DNA of 64,000 bases from Candidatus Hydrogenedentota bacterium (GCA_034669905.1 JAXMOL010000005.1:134218-198217), one strand, 5' to 3'; positions 28,429 to 38,912 are shown, counted from the stretch's first letter. A program made the numbers and translations. The notes: generated from the sequence alone by a model not told the origin.

Positions 28429-29796
28429 CTATTTCGGCTTTTCCGTGTCGAACCCCGCCGCGCGGTAATCCCGCAGTTTGTAGGTCAGGGCGCGGCGGCT
28501 GATACCCAGGGCGGTCGCCGTTCGGGTACGGTGGTAGTCATTCTCTTTCAGCGCACTCAGGATAGCCTCCCGCTCGATGTCTTCCATGCGGTCCGGGCGC
28601 GCCGGACGGTCTTCACGGGCCACCTCCCGGGCTACCCGTTTGGGGAGATGCTCGGGTAACACCACATCACCCCGGGAAAGGAGTAGCGCCCGCTCCACCG
28701 CATTGTGGAGTTCCCGCACGTTTCCAGGCCAGCCATAGCCTTCCAGAATCGCTACCGTACCGGGCGAGAAACGGGCCTTCTCATGTTTGAGCAGGGCTGC
28801 GAAGTGGCGGGACAGGGGCATGATATCGGCCCGGCGCTCTCGCAGCGGGGGCAGGTAAATCTCCATGACATTGAGGCGATAGAAAAGATCTTCCCGGAAT
28901 TTACCCTCGGCTACCTGCTGCTCCAGGTCGCGGTTGGTGGCCGCAAGAATGCGCACGTCACTGTGGCGCACGTCGCCTGACCCCACGGGCGTGTAGCTTC
29001 CGCTTTGGGTCACCCGCAATAACTTGGCCTGGAGCGTCGGATCCATCTCCCCGATTTCATCGAGCAGGAGTGTCCCTCCGTCGGCCTGAGAGAACAACCC
29101 TTCGTGATCGGCCACCGCTCCCGTAAAGGCCCCCTTCCGATGGCCGAAAAGTTCGCTCTCCAACAGGGCCTCGGGAATGGCCGCGCAGTTTATTTTTACA
29201 AAGGGGGCGGCCGCACGGGCACTCCATCGGTGAATCAGATCGGCGACCACTTCCTTCCCTACGCCACTTTCCCCGGTAAGGAGCACGCGGCTGTCCGTGG
29301 GGGCAACCAAGGCGATTTCCCGGACGACCTCCATCATGACGGGGCTCTCCATCACCACATCGGGAGGCAGCGCCGGAGCATCAGCACCCTGCACCGCCCC
29401 GGGGGGCGTGGAATCCCCCACGACGTCTCGAACCGCCGTAAGCAACTCTTCCAGATCGATGGGCTTTTCGAGATAGTCTATCGCGCCCTGGCGCATGGCC
29501 CCCACGGCATCCCGGATATCGGCGTGGGCCGTGACAAGTAAGACGGGAAGATGCGGGTCTGTTTTTCGTAGATCTTCTAACAGCTCGAGCCCGGTCATCC
29601 CCGGCATACGAACGTCGGATATCATCATGGCCGGTCGATGCGCGCGGATTCGCGCGAGGGCCTCGGCACCCGAAGGCACCGCTTCCACCTCAACACCGCA
29701 ATGGGTCAGGAAAGACGACAAGAGACTTCGCTGAGACGAGTCGTCGTCTACAACCAACACATAGGGCAGTGCGGCCACGGGACCACTCTTCGTCAT
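28429..29796 (-). CDS. Sigma54-dependent response regulator (NtrC/ZraR type)
   Basis: Receiver (VVDDD, SDVRMPG), GESGVGKE, GAFTGA, LLDEIGE, WPGNVREL and a Fis-type HTH. Confidence 0.95.
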   Translation of the reverse strand: MTKSGPVAALPYVLVVDDDSSQRSLLSSFLTHCGVEVEAVPSGAEALARIRAHRPAMMISDVRMPGMTGLELLEDLRKTDPHLPVLLVTAHADIRDAVGAMRQGAIDYLEKPIDLEELLTAVRDVVGDSTPPGAVQGADAPALPPDVVMESPVMMEVVREIALVAPTDSRVLLTGESGVGKEVVADLIHRWSARAAAPFVKINCAAIPEALLESELFGHRKGAFTGAVADHEGLFSQADGGTLLLDEIGEMDPTLQAKLLRVTQSGSYTPVGSGDVRHSDVRILAATNRDLEQQVAEGKFREDLFYRLNVMEIYLPPLRERRADIMPLSRHFAALLKHEKARFSPGTVAILEGYGWPGNVRELHNAVERALLLSRGDVVLPEHLPKRVAREVAREDRPARPDRMEDIEREAILSALKENDYHRTRTATALGISRRALTYKLRDYRAAGFDTEKPK

Positions 29797-31418
29797 CGTA
29801 CAATCTCCAAACCAGACAAGCGGAATAGGGAGCCGCCTCCCTCACGGGGAATATACTCCACGGTCCAACCGTGGGCCAGGGCTATCTGGCGCACCACGGT
29901 CAAGCCCAACCCCGTCCCGGTCGCGGTACCCGTTACATAGGGCTGGAACAGAGAATCCATCAGCGACGGCTCCACCCCGGGGCCATCATCCCGCACCTCC
30001 AGCCAGGCATGGGCACGGTCCAGGAAATCCACCACGATGTGAATGTGGCCTCCTTCCGGCACCGCCTCAATGGCGTTGAGCAGCAGGTTGAACAATACCT
30101 GACGCAGCATAGCCCCATCAGCACGCACCCCGTCGATATCGCCCGTATCAAATTCGATTGTAAGGTCCTTTTCTTCCCGGTCACCATCGAGAAGACTGGT
30201 CAGGTCCGTCAGCAAGTCACCCAGCGAAACTGCTGTCTGCGCGGGCGCAAGGGGCCGGGAGTAATCCAGGAACTGATTCAGCCGACCTGCGACCCGATCG
30301 GCTTCCTCCATAATCTGCGTGGCCGTGCCACATCCCGAGCCGCCTTCAGCACGTTCCTGCTCGAGCATCTGGGCCAGACCCCGAATAAGGTTCAGCGGGT
30401 TCTTGGTTTCGTGAACAAGGCCTGCGGCTACGGTGTTCAGTTCTTCCAGGTGAGTCGTCATGGCTTCCGACCGGGCCAGGCGCACGCCCAGGGCTGCTCG
30501 TTGTCGGAGACTGTAGAGTAAGGCGGTCATACCCAGGGCTACTACGCCCACCAGCCCAACCAACAACACACGGGTCTGCCAATCCCTCGTCTCGGCAGCA
30601 TAGACTTCCGTTGCGGGCACCTCAACCACAAAGGCGTGAATCCCCCGCTTGTCGACCAGCCCCCCCTCTTCGCCTCGCCCTGCCCCTCCACTCCGCCGAG
30701 AGCGGCCCGACATTTCACGCAAGAAAAACGAGCGTATCGCTTCGAAACTTTCCTCGGTGACCGGCTTGCCCACCAGTAACTCGTAAAGTTTCTCCCGGGT
30801 TCCGCGCGCTTTCAAATGGCCCGGAAGCATTCGTAAGATACCATCCACATCCTCGGTCTGCAGCGTCGCGCCGTCTTCTCGGGACGCAAGCCAGTCGGAT
30901 ACTTCAGGGGGAAGGGGCCACGACCAGGGATGGTCCCGCCAGGGACTTTGGTCACCACGGCCCCGGGCATCCATTTTCCGGCGACCGCGAAATCCCGCTC
31001 CTTCCTCCGGAAGGGGCCCTTCCAAGGCAGGCCCTAAGGCGACCAGATTCACAAATACCGCCGTCTCGGGAAGCCAGAAAGCCTGCTCCTCCGTGACGTT
31101 TTTCAGCGGGACACTGGGCTCTGGACCGGCCTGGGCAGTCACCGCACCGGTGACATCTCGCAGGGAAACGGATTCCAGATTAGTCGACGTCGTAAGCTCC
31201 TGTAAGGCCGCTTCCAGTCGTCGCTGGGGCACGGCGTTAAAGCGCCCATCGGCCCGAATCACCACGGCAATGGAACGCGAAATGTCTTCGGCTCGGTCGT
31301 AAAGACCATTACGCAAGGTAACCCGGGTTTCCTGATGAACGCGGTATTGCCAAGCCGAAAATAAAAGCCAACCCAGGGCAAGTCCGATATAAATCCATCG
31401 TGTATTTCGCAATTCCAT
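29793..31418 (-). CDS. Two-TM sensor histidine kinase (ZraS-like)
   Basis: Two TMs, H-box GLVHETKNPL, NLLLNA, DDGPG and GTGLGL; ATGA overlap with the regulator. Confidence 0.93.
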   Translation of the reverse strand: MELRNTRWIYIGLALGWLLFSAWQYRVHQETRVTLRNGLYDRAEDISRSIAVVIRADGRFNAVPQRRLEAALQELTTSTNLESVSLRDVTGAVTAQAGPEPSVPLKNVTEEQAFWLPETAVFVNLVALGPALEGPLPEEGAGFRGRRKMDARGRGDQSPWRDHPWSWPLPPEVSDWLASREDGATLQTEDVDGILRMLPGHLKARGTREKLYELLVGKPVTEESFEAIRSFFLREMSGRSRRSGGAGRGEEGGLVDKRGIHAFVVEVPATEVYAAETRDWQTRVLLVGLVGVVALGMTALLYSLRQRAALGVRLARSEAMTTHLEELNTVAAGLVHETKNPLNLIRGLAQMLEQERAEGGSGCGTATQIMEEADRVAGRLNQFLDYSRPLAPAQTAVSLGDLLTDLTSLLDGDREEKDLTIEFDTGDIDGVRADGAMLRQVLFNLLLNAIEAVPEGGHIHIVVDFLDRAHAWLEVRDDGPGVEPSLMDSLFQPYVTGTATGTGLGLTVVRQIALAHGWTVEYIPREGGGSLFRLSGLEIVR

Positions 31419-31541
31419 AGGACCATTCTATTCCATCGTTGGCGCGCAGATACAGAAGAACCCGCGCACGGGAGGGGGCAGAGAACCCGTGCGCAGGTTA
31501 TGGAATCCGGACACGTATGCGGAGCGTGCCCGGCAGAGGGG

Positions 31542-32465
31542 CTATTTCTTACGGCGTTCGCCGCGTGCGGGCGGGCCATCTTCACGGTTGATGACGCCGT
31601 CGCCGTTCTTATCCCGGGCGTCGAAATCTTCCTGGGTCAGGTCGGGACGCGCTGCCTGCAGTTCTTCAAAGCTCACACCACCATCTTCGTTGGTGTCGAG
31701 GGCACTCATTCGTTCGCCACCACGGCGACCTTCAGCCCCCGGACCACGCTTTCCACGGCCGCCTTCCGGACGGTCATCCTTATTCAAGACGCCGTCGCCA
31801 TTCGTATCACGCTCGGCAAACTTCTCTTCCGTGGTATCAGGGCGCACGGCTTTCAGTTCTTCGAAGCTGACACCGCCGTCTCCATCCGTATCGGCCGCCT
31901 TCATATGTTCACCACCACCGCGACGCCCTTCAGGACCATGGCCACGCATACCGTGTTCGCCACGAGGGCCACGGCCGCCTTCCGGGCGGTCCTCCTTATT
32001 CAAGACGCCATCACCGTTCGTATCCCGCTCGGCGAACATTTCCGCCGTGGCATCCGGTCGGACCGCCTGCAATTCTTCCAGACTCACACCGCCGTCACCA
32101 TCGGTATCGGCCTTCTCCATAAACTGACCATGGCCACGGCGTCCCTGCTCCCCGTCGGCTCCGGGACCGCGACGTCCGCGCATGCCTACGGGACGGTCCG
32201 CCTCATTCAGCACACCGTCTTCATTCCGATCCATGCGCGCGAAGCGCTCCGCGTCCACTTCCGGCCGTACCGCCTGGAGTTCCTCCAGCGTGATATTGCC
32301 ATCCCCATTGGTGTCGGCACCTTCGAGAAACTGGCCACCGCCACGCCTTCCACCGTCAGGGCCGGGTTGCGCATGGGCGCTCAGACTGATGACGCAGATA
32401 GCGCCTGCGGCCAGGCCGAGGGAAAGACCCGTAACGGCCCAATCGAAGTAGGTTTTGTTGTTCAT
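31542..32465 (-). CDS. Secreted protein with 8 EF-hand motifs
   Basis: Signal peptide ending AHA. Four pairs of DT(N/D)xDGx(I/V)(T/S)xEE and DxNxDGV(L/I)NxxD loops, joined by Gly/Arg-rich linkers. Confidence 0.88.
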   Translation of the reverse strand: MNNKTYFDWAVTGLSLGLAAGAICVISLSAHAQPGPDGGRRGGGQFLEGADTNGDGNITLEELQAVRPEVDAERFARMDRNEDGVLNEADRPVGMRGRRGPGADGEQGRRGHGQFMEKADTDGDGGVSLEELQAVRPDATAEMFAERDTNGDGVLNKEDRPEGGRGPRGEHGMRGHGPEGRRGGGEHMKAADTDGDGGVSFEELKAVRPDTTEEKFAERDTNGDGVLNKDDRPEGGRGKRGPGAEGRRGGERMSALDTNEDGGVSFEELQAARPDLTQEDFDARDKNGDGVINREDGPPARGERRKK

Positions 32466-32526
32466 GACAGATCCTCCTGTTTAAGCTGTTGTTGTGCTAC
32501 CCGCATTGGGGTGGCTAGCTGTATAG

Positions 32527-32617
32527 AGCAAGGGGGATGCCAAAAAATTTCGCCCAATTCGCCGCGATTGAATGGTCTGGCGCGCATATTTTGCGCAGTG
32601 CGCACAAAACGTGCGCA
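32527..32617 (-). promoter_or_regulatory. Sigma54 -24/-12 promoter and upstream palindromic activator sites
   Basis: TGGCATCCCCCTTGCT (32542-32527). Palindromes GCGCA-N5-TGCGC (32582-32596) and TGCGCAC-N5-GTGCGCA (32599-32617). Confidence 0.75.
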
Positions 32618-32703
32618 TGTTTTTCCCCCATGCCCCCTTGGGTCACGGACGATGGAACAGGTAAGATGGCGGCATGCGGTAAACTCAGGAGTATGGAGTT
32701 CTC

Positions 32704-33360
32704 ATGGACGAATTGATTACCTGGCGGCTGGAAGATGTCCCCCCGGAGAATGCGGTACTGGTGCTCGGCATTCTGGCCGGGGTCGGTGCCCTCTATTGTT
32801 TTTTTGGATACCGACTGCTGAAACTGATCCTTGGCCTCACCGGCTTTCTCCTCGCCGGGAGCACAGCCGCCGTCATCGTTGGCTTTCTGAGCTACGGCAA
32901 CGTCCCCGCCATGGCCATCGCCGTGTTCATCGGCGGCCTCTGCGGGGCCATGGCCCTCTTCTTCCTCTACAAGACCGGCATTTTCTGCGTGGGGATGTTG
33001 GGGGCCGTCGTCGTGGCCTACCAGCTACTCCAGGGACGCCCCGAATCCTGGATACTCTGGGCCGTGGCGGGATTGGGGCTGGTGGGGGGCTTCCTGGCGA
33101 TTCTCATCGAACGCCCCATCATGACCCTGGCCACGGCGGCTATCGGCGCCATGATGATGACCCAGGTCGGATTGCAGGTCGCACGGGACCAGGGACTCCT
33201 CGACAAGATCACCGCACAGACGGCCGAGGCGGGCGATCGCCTGCCGGACTTACCGTGGCTCACCTATGCCATGCTGGCCATCTGGGGAATCCTGGCTCTC
33301 TTCGGCGCCCTGTTTCAGTTTCGCGCGGGCAAGAAAAAGCGAATCCCTACCCACCAATAA
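32704..33360 (+). CDS. DUF4203/TMEM198-like membrane protein
   Basis: GALYCFFGYRLLK...GFLLAG pattern with about 7 TMs. Confidence 0.8.
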   Translation: MDELITWRLEDVPPENAVLVLGILAGVGALYCFFGYRLLKLILGLTGFLLAGSTAAVIVGFLSYGNVPAMAIAVFIGGLCGAMALFFLYKTGIFCVGMLGAVVVAYQLLQGRPESWILWAVAGLGLVGGFLAILIERPIMTLATAAIGAMMMTQVGLQVARDQGLLDKITAQTAEAGDRLPDLPWLTYAMLAIWGILALFGALFQFRAGKKKRIPTHQ

Positions 33361-33373
33361 GTTGTGGGGCTGT

Positions 33374-35191
33374 TCAGACCCGTATGCGTTTTCCTATCGT
33401 ACCGGTCGCAGCAATGAGCAGTGCAAGGACCAGCAGCACGATTCCTGCGCTCCCGGCAACCGGAAGGGCTGTGCTACTGAGCACCACCAGAGTATAGGGT
33501 GCCGATTCCACGATGCTGCCCGTACCATCATCGTAGGTGACCGTAAAGGTCGCCTGATCGGCGAGCAGCACCGGGGCATAGTCCACCATCTGGGAATTCG
33601 TGCCGGTAATGCGGGCACCGCTGTCATTCAGCACCACCCCGTTCCGCTTCCAGACATAGCTGGAAAAACCTGCGGGTGCGATGAGGGTCAAGGGGTCATT
33701 GTCATAAATATTTCCGGGTGTCGGGGTGCTGGTAATGACACCGCCCATCTTTGGCACCAGTTTCATAAAGAAGGTATCGAAACTCCCCACAGCGGTGAGA
33801 TTGGTCGTGCTGGCACTCGTATCAAAATCGAGGGTATTCGAGAATATACCGGTAATCAGAAATGAGCCCGCCCCATCGTGGATAATGGTGGCCCCTAAAT
33901 CACGCCCTGCGGTGCCCCGCTGTTCCGTCCATTTCCAGGCACCCGCGCTATCAAGCTTCGTAATGTAGAAATCCTCATCGCCCGCACTCGTAGCGATGGC
34001 CCCACCAACGCCCGGATCAAAATCAGCGGTCCCCTCGAAGGAACCCACCACCAGAATCTCGTCGAAGTTGTCCACGATCATCCCATAGGTAAAGCCATCG
34101 TCCATCCCGGTAAAGGCCCCGGCCCAGGTGTACACACCGCCGCTGGTGAGCTTCAAGACAAACAAGGAGTAGGTAGAGATACTCGCCAGATTGCTGGTGC
34201 CCGCCCCCGGGTCAAAGTCGACGGTACCTTGAAAACTTCCCGCAACAATCACGTTGTCCGCGCTGTCGATGGCCACACTCGCCCCGTCGTCATCATTGGC
34301 ACTGCCCAGCGTGTGTACCCATGCCAGATTGCCGCTGACATCCAGCTTCCAGATGAAGATATCGCTATCTCCCGCACTGGTCCGATTGTCCACGCCAACA
34401 CCCGGGTCGAAGTCCACCGTCCCCTGGAATCCCGCCGAAAGATATACCGCACCGGCACTGTCCAGGGCCAGGAATCGGCCGAAATCGCGCACTTCCCCAT
34501 CCACCGTGGCCGCCCACAGGTAATTCCCCCCACTGTCCAGTTTCTGTATGTACAGATCATTGCCACTGACGGAAGCGATGGAAGCGGTACCTGGACCCGG
34601 GTCAAAATCGGCGGTGCCAGTGAATTGTCCCATGGAATAGATATTGCCGCTTGCGTCCAACGTGATCGCAAAGCCGATTTCCGAACCCGCCCCTGTGATG
34701 AGCTGGACCCAGACGAAGTTGCCGTCGCTGTCCAGTTTCAGCACAAAGGCTTCGCTGAAGAAGGAGGGCGCGGTCACGTTGTGCGTACCCGGGCCCGGAT
34801 CAAAATCGACGGTACCCAGAAAGGTGCCGGTGACATAGACATTGTCGGCACTATCCACGGCCACACCAAAGATGTAGTCATAATCCACGTCGCCGAAGCT
34901 ATGAACCCAAATCAGATTTCCGTCGGGATCGTATTTCCCAATAAAGCCGTCGTACTGGCCTGCACTGGCGATAGCGGTCGTCCCGGCTCCCGGGTCAAAG
35001 TCGGGGGTCCCCTGGAAATAGCCTCCCACATAGCTGTTCCCCAGACTATCCCGGGCGATACCCGAAGCGTTCTCCTCCGCCGTACCACCAATCCCCCGCA
35101 CGTAGCCAAAGTCTACGTCTTGCGCGAAAACAGGCGCGAAGCACAGGATGGACAGTGCCACGACCCTACGAGCAACCGAAACTACCTTCAT
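33374..35191 (-). CDS. Secreted SBBP-repeat beta-propeller protein with Ig-like domain and C-terminal sorting tail
   Basis: Seven repeats of GIAxDSxGNxYVxGxFxGTxDFDPG...FxxKLDxxG, ending in LPVAG-TM-KRIRV. Confidence 0.85.
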   Translation of the reverse strand: MKVVSVARRVVALSILCFAPVFAQDVDFGYVRGIGGTAEENASGIARDSLGNSYVGGYFQGTPDFDPGAGTTAIASAGQYDGFIGKYDPDGNLIWVHSFGDVDYDYIFGVAVDSADNVYVTGTFLGTVDFDPGPGTHNVTAPSFFSEAFVLKLDSDGNFVWVQLITGAGSEIGFAITLDASGNIYSMGQFTGTADFDPGPGTASIASVSGNDLYIQKLDSGGNYLWAATVDGEVRDFGRFLALDSAGAVYLSAGFQGTVDFDPGVGVDNRTSAGDSDIFIWKLDVSGNLAWVHTLGSANDDDGASVAIDSADNVIVAGSFQGTVDFDPGAGTSNLASISTYSLFVLKLTSGGVYTWAGAFTGMDDGFTYGMIVDNFDEILVVGSFEGTADFDPGVGGAIATSAGDEDFYITKLDSAGAWKWTEQRGTAGRDLGATIIHDGAGSFLITGIFSNTLDFDTSASTTNLTAVGSFDTFFMKLVPKMGGVITSTPTPGNIYDNDPLTLIAPAGFSSYVWKRNGVVLNDSGARITGTNSQMVDYAPVLLADQATFTVTYDDGTGSIVESAPYTLVVLSSTALPVAGSAGIVLLVLALLIAATGTIGKRIRV

Positions 35192-35415
35192 TTCCAAACT
35201 CTCCCACCCCATTTGCTGCGTTTCTTCCGGTGCCGCATGCCGTTAACTACCCTCCCGGTGGGGATTCTATTCACCCGCACACCCGATTATCCAGTGTACC
35301 ACGAGATCACCCCATCCGGGTGGGCGCCGCTGAAATCTGCTGTGGTGGCACCGGTGCGCTCTGCTATACTCGACATCCGGCGTATCCATTGCAAAACCAG
35401 CAGATGAAAGTGACT

Positions 35416-36813
35416 ATGAACAAACAACCAAGCGTTCATTTTTCCGGAATCGGCGGCACCGCCATGGTGGCCGGGGCACGACTGGCCCTGGAAGCGGGCT
35501 GGGAGGTCCGGGGAAGCGATAATCCCCTTTATCCGCCCACATCCCATATGGTGGAGGCCCTGGGCGTTCCGGTGGCCGCCGGCTATGGCCCCGTCAACCT
35601 GGACTGGCATCCCGACGTGGTGTTACTCGGTAATGTACTGAGTCGAGGCAACCCCGAGGTAGAGGCCGCCCTCACCCGACGCATGCGCTATATTAGTCTT
35701 CCCGAGTGGCTGAAAGAGCATGTCCTGCGTGCACGCCGCTCTGTGGCGATCTGTGGTACCCACGGCAAAACGACCACCACCGCCATCACCGCGCAGGTTC
35801 TCGACCACGCAGGACGGGTGCCCGGCTATCTCATTGGGGGCCAGCCCCTGAACTTCGAACATTCCGCCCGACTCGGCGCGCCCGGTGCCCCCTTCGTCAT
35901 CGAGGGCGATGAATATGACACCGCTTTTTTTGACAAGCGGGCAAAATTCCTCCATTACCTGCCCGAAGTGGCCGTTGTCACCTCACTTGAGTTTGACCAT
36001 GGCGACATTTATCCCGATCTGGCCGCCATCGAATTGGCCTTTCAGCGCATGCTCCGGCAAATCCCCGCCGATGGGCGGCTCATTTGCTGTGCGGATAACC
36101 ATGCGCTGAGTTTGCGCGACCATGCCTTTTGTCCCGTGGAGACCTACGGCTTCAGCGAAGACGCGGACTGGCACGGGCTGGTATTGGGCGTCGAAAAAGG
36201 GCGTCAGCTCCTCCAGATCACCCACCACGGGCAGGAATACGGCACGGTAAGCACCCCGCTCACGGGCCAACACAACCTGCAGAACGTGCTCGCGGCCGTA
36301 GCGGTCGGCCACTACTTCGAATTGACGCCTCTGGAAGCTTGCGAGGGCGTGGCCTCTTTTACCGGGGTCAAGCGCCGTATGGAGACCTTCCTGGAAGCCG
36401 AAGGCGTAACCTATATTGACGACTTCGCCCACCACCCCACCGCCATTGCGGAAACCATCGCTGGCGCCAAGACCCGGTGGCCGGACGGACGACTCCGTGT
36501 GCTCTTTGAACCCCGCAGCAATACGACCGTGACCAACCGATTTTTCAAAGAGCTCACCGCCGCATTTTCTCGGGCGGATGAAGTGCATCTCGGCCCCATT
36601 TATCGGGGCGAGCGCATTCCCGATGGCGAGCGTCTGGACCGGGAACGGCTGATAGCTAAACTCGGTGCCGCCGGTGGCGCAGTCTGGGAGGAGCCCGATA
36701 AACTGGCCCATCACATACACGCCACTGCCCGGCCGGGAGACATTGTACTAATCCTGAGCAACGGCGCCTTCGGGGGAATTTATGAGCATTTTCGCACCCT
36801 GACGGCGGAATAG
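35416..36813 (+). CDS. mpl: Murein peptide ligase Mpl (MurC-like)
   Basis: GIGGTAM, LYPPTS, RGNPEVE, GTHGKTTT, EGDEYDTAFFDKRAKF, DDFAHHPTAI, FEPRSNT and SNGAFGG. Confidence 0.93.
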   Translation: MNKQPSVHFSGIGGTAMVAGARLALEAGWEVRGSDNPLYPPTSHMVEALGVPVAAGYGPVNLDWHPDVVLLGNVLSRGNPEVEAALTRRMRYISLPEWLKEHVLRARRSVAICGTHGKTTTTAITAQVLDHAGRVPGYLIGGQPLNFEHSARLGAPGAPFVIEGDEYDTAFFDKRAKFLHYLPEVAVVTSLEFDHGDIYPDLAAIELAFQRMLRQIPADGRLICCADNHALSLRDHAFCPVETYGFSEDADWHGLVLGVEKGRQLLQITHHGQEYGTVSTPLTGQHNLQNVLAAVAVGHYFELTPLEACEGVASFTGVKRRMETFLEAEGVTYIDDFAHHPTAIAETIAGAKTRWPDGRLRVLFEPRSNTTVTNRFFKELTAAFSRADEVHLGPIYRGERIPDGERLDRERLIAKLGAAGGAVWEEPDKLAHHIHATARPGDIVLILSNGAFGGIYEHFRTLTAE

Positions 36814-36946
36814 CGTCTGCACGCTTCCCGCGTCCAGTTGGCGACGCTCCCCCCTTTTACCGTATGCTATAGGGTGTGCGTCTATGCCAGCGTCACGAAG
36901 TCGGAAGCCACCGTTTCGTGACGGAAACGAAATAAGGAGTATCCCA

Positions 36947-37210
36947 ATGCCCAAGGAAGTTATCGTCTATTCTGGAAAACTTTGTGGTGATTGCCAGAAT
37001 CTGAAAGCCTTTATGGATGCCAATGGCATCACCTACGAAGAGCGGGACATTCGCGAAACGCCGGAGCATGGTGAAGAGTTGGAAGCAAAGACCGGTAAGC
37101 TTGGTGTGCCCTACCTGGTCCTGGATGGTGAGTGGGTACGCGGTTATGAACCCGGCCGCCCCTTTTCTGAACTCTTCGCCCGAAACCTCTTTGGGTTGAG
37201 CGAAGCCTGA
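36947..37210 (+). CDS. Glutaredoxin/NrdH-like redoxin
   Basis: CGDC active site and GVP motif; RBS AAGGAG. Confidence 0.88.
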   Translation: MPKEVIVYSGKLCGDCQNLKAFMDANGITYEERDIRETPEHGEELEAKTGKLGVPYLVLDGEWVRGYEPGRPFSELFARNLFGLSEA

Positions 37211-37230
37211 TTTTTCTTCGCCTTAAGGGC

Positions 37231-37270
37231 AACGCGGCCTCTGGAACTTCATCCCAGAGGCCGCGTTTTT
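37231..37270 (+). terminator. Intrinsic terminator between convergent genes
   Basis: AACGCGGCCTCTGG...CCAGAGGCCGCGTT followed by a T run. Confidence 0.8.
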
Positions 37271-37296
37271 CGTGGATGCTATCGCGCCGCGCGAGT

Positions 37297-38727
37297 CTAT
37301 TTGCTCAAGTAGCCCTTGGGCGTCTCTGCCGGGGCGGTGTACTCAAACGGCAGGGCCTCGGGAAGCACCTTAACCGGCGTGGTAAACTTCAGCGGAGTCC
37401 CCCCCGGGCCTTCAAAGGTCAGCTCAACCAGATGGGCGGTCCACCCTTTCTCTGGCGCACTTAAATCCACTTCATAGACCCCCTCGCGCTTGCTCTTGAG
37501 GGCCTGCTCTTTCCAGATGGGCCCAACCGCTTCCAAACGGAAATCACGGGTTTCTGGATTGGTGGCCGTCCAGAGCTTGACCGCAACCGGGTTGCTGGGC
37601 GATTTCACCGTCAACGTATTGTTGGCGCCAAATGTCCAGCTGTATTCCGGCTGGGGCGTACCACTGATGATGCCCGCATAAAAAGCCATCAGGGAGTAGA
37701 GCGCATCGGAGTCGCCCAGGCCATGGTCCGTATTCGGCACGTAGCGCAGGTACTTGTCCCCCACGAGATCGTCCCAGTAAAACTGAGAGGAATCGGGCAG
37801 AAAGAATTGGTCGCCCGCCGAATTCATCACGAGCTTGGGCATGGTAAACCGCTTGATATAGCTGTAGGGTTCCACCAGCTCAAGTAACTTGTCGTACTCG
37901 GGCGTGCCCATCCAATCCATAAGGCCCATGGCGTCATAATCGCCCACCGCAGGTGCCCAGAAGCCGTAGGCCTCCCAGTGGTGTATAAAAGACGGCTTGA
38001 CGTTCAACATGTCAATCACAATCGGAACAATCCCGACGACCCGTTTATCCACCGCTGCCGTGGTCCAGGTAGTCCAACCGCGCTTGGAGCCGCCCGCGAC
38101 AACGAAAGCGTTGATGCTATGGCTCCCCCCCTCCGCCTTGGCACAATACTCCTGCACCGTATCCATGGCGCGCACCACGCTCTTGGTCATGGGGAGACGT
38201 GCCAGCCAGTTTTCATCACCGGTCTTGAGGAATTTATCCCAGGTGTAGGCAATCAGGGAGTCTTCTTTTCGCCCCGCGTTTTCGCCAGCGAAAGTCAGGG
38301 GCTGGTTGGGAATCATCCCCAGCTCGATGACCACCGACTGGGTCTGCACGGCGATGCCGGCGAATTCCTTGCTCATCTTCTCCGGGGCCTCTCCCCCATT
38401 GGCACCGCCGCCAATGTAGAGCAGGGCCGTGTCGAAAGACACCTTCTCCGGGATATAGATGCCGAGCCAGTGCTGCCAGACCGTGCGGTCTACTTCGTCT
38501 TTGCTCCGCCAGGTCTGGGAGGTCAGGTTGATGAGATGGAGCGTGACGCCTTCGCCCTTGTGCATGGCTTCTACGTGATACGAATAGGTATCGTCCACGG
38601 CGTGCACATACCGATCGAGCGCCGTCGGATTTTCTACCATCCGCGCGGTAGATTCACGGGCTTCCGCATTGGCCAGGGCCAATGCTACCAATACCATGGC
38701 GGCACAACATCGCAGTATGACTTGCAT
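37297..38727 (-). CDS. PqaA-type (PhoPQ-activated pathogenicity-related) alpha/beta hydrolase, secreted
   Basis: LTSQTWR, PNQPL, RLPMTKSVVRAMD, GGSKRGWTTW, GDQFFLPD and PNTDH. Confidence 0.9.
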   Translation of the reverse strand: MQVILRCCAAMVLVALALANAEARESTARMVENPTALDRYVHAVDDTYSYHVEAMHKGEGVTLHLINLTSQTWRSKDEVDRTVWQHWLGIYIPEKVSFDTALLYIGGGANGGEAPEKMSKEFAGIAVQTQSVVIELGMIPNQPLTFAGENAGRKEDSLIAYTWDKFLKTGDENWLARLPMTKSVVRAMDTVQEYCAKAEGGSHSINAFVVAGGSKRGWTTWTTAAVDKRVVGIVPIVIDMLNVKPSFIHHWEAYGFWAPAVGDYDAMGLMDWMGTPEYDKLLELVEPYSYIKRFTMPKLVMNSAGDQFFLPDSSQFYWDDLVGDKYLRYVPNTDHGLGDSDALYSLMAFYAGIISGTPQPEYSWTFGANNTLTVKSPSNPVAVKLWTATNPETRDFRLEAVGPIWKEQALKSKREGVYEVDLSAPEKGWTAHLVELTFEGPGGTPLKFTTPVKVLPEALPFEYTAPAETPKGYLSK

Positions 38728-38912
38728 TCCAGGTGCTCCTTTTCCCCCTCGGGGACGCTACGATTGATTGGTCCCTACGGGCCAATCAAAACCCAGTGAA
38801 TCGAATCTGGTGACGACCGACGGTGCGCCACCGATGGCAACATGAAGCTACGGCGCTACAATACCATGAGGGTTGGACCCGGCGCGAACCAAATCGGTTT
38901 TACTCCCGCACG

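Noticed and set aside
31590..32330. DNA repeats with a period of about 190-220 bp
   Set aside because: Explained by the four EF-hand-pair protein repeats.
31500..33497. 665-aa plus-strand ORF
   Set aside because: Antisense to the EF-hand gene, crosses its promoter, and is out of frame with the DUF4203 gene; a GC-rich artefact.
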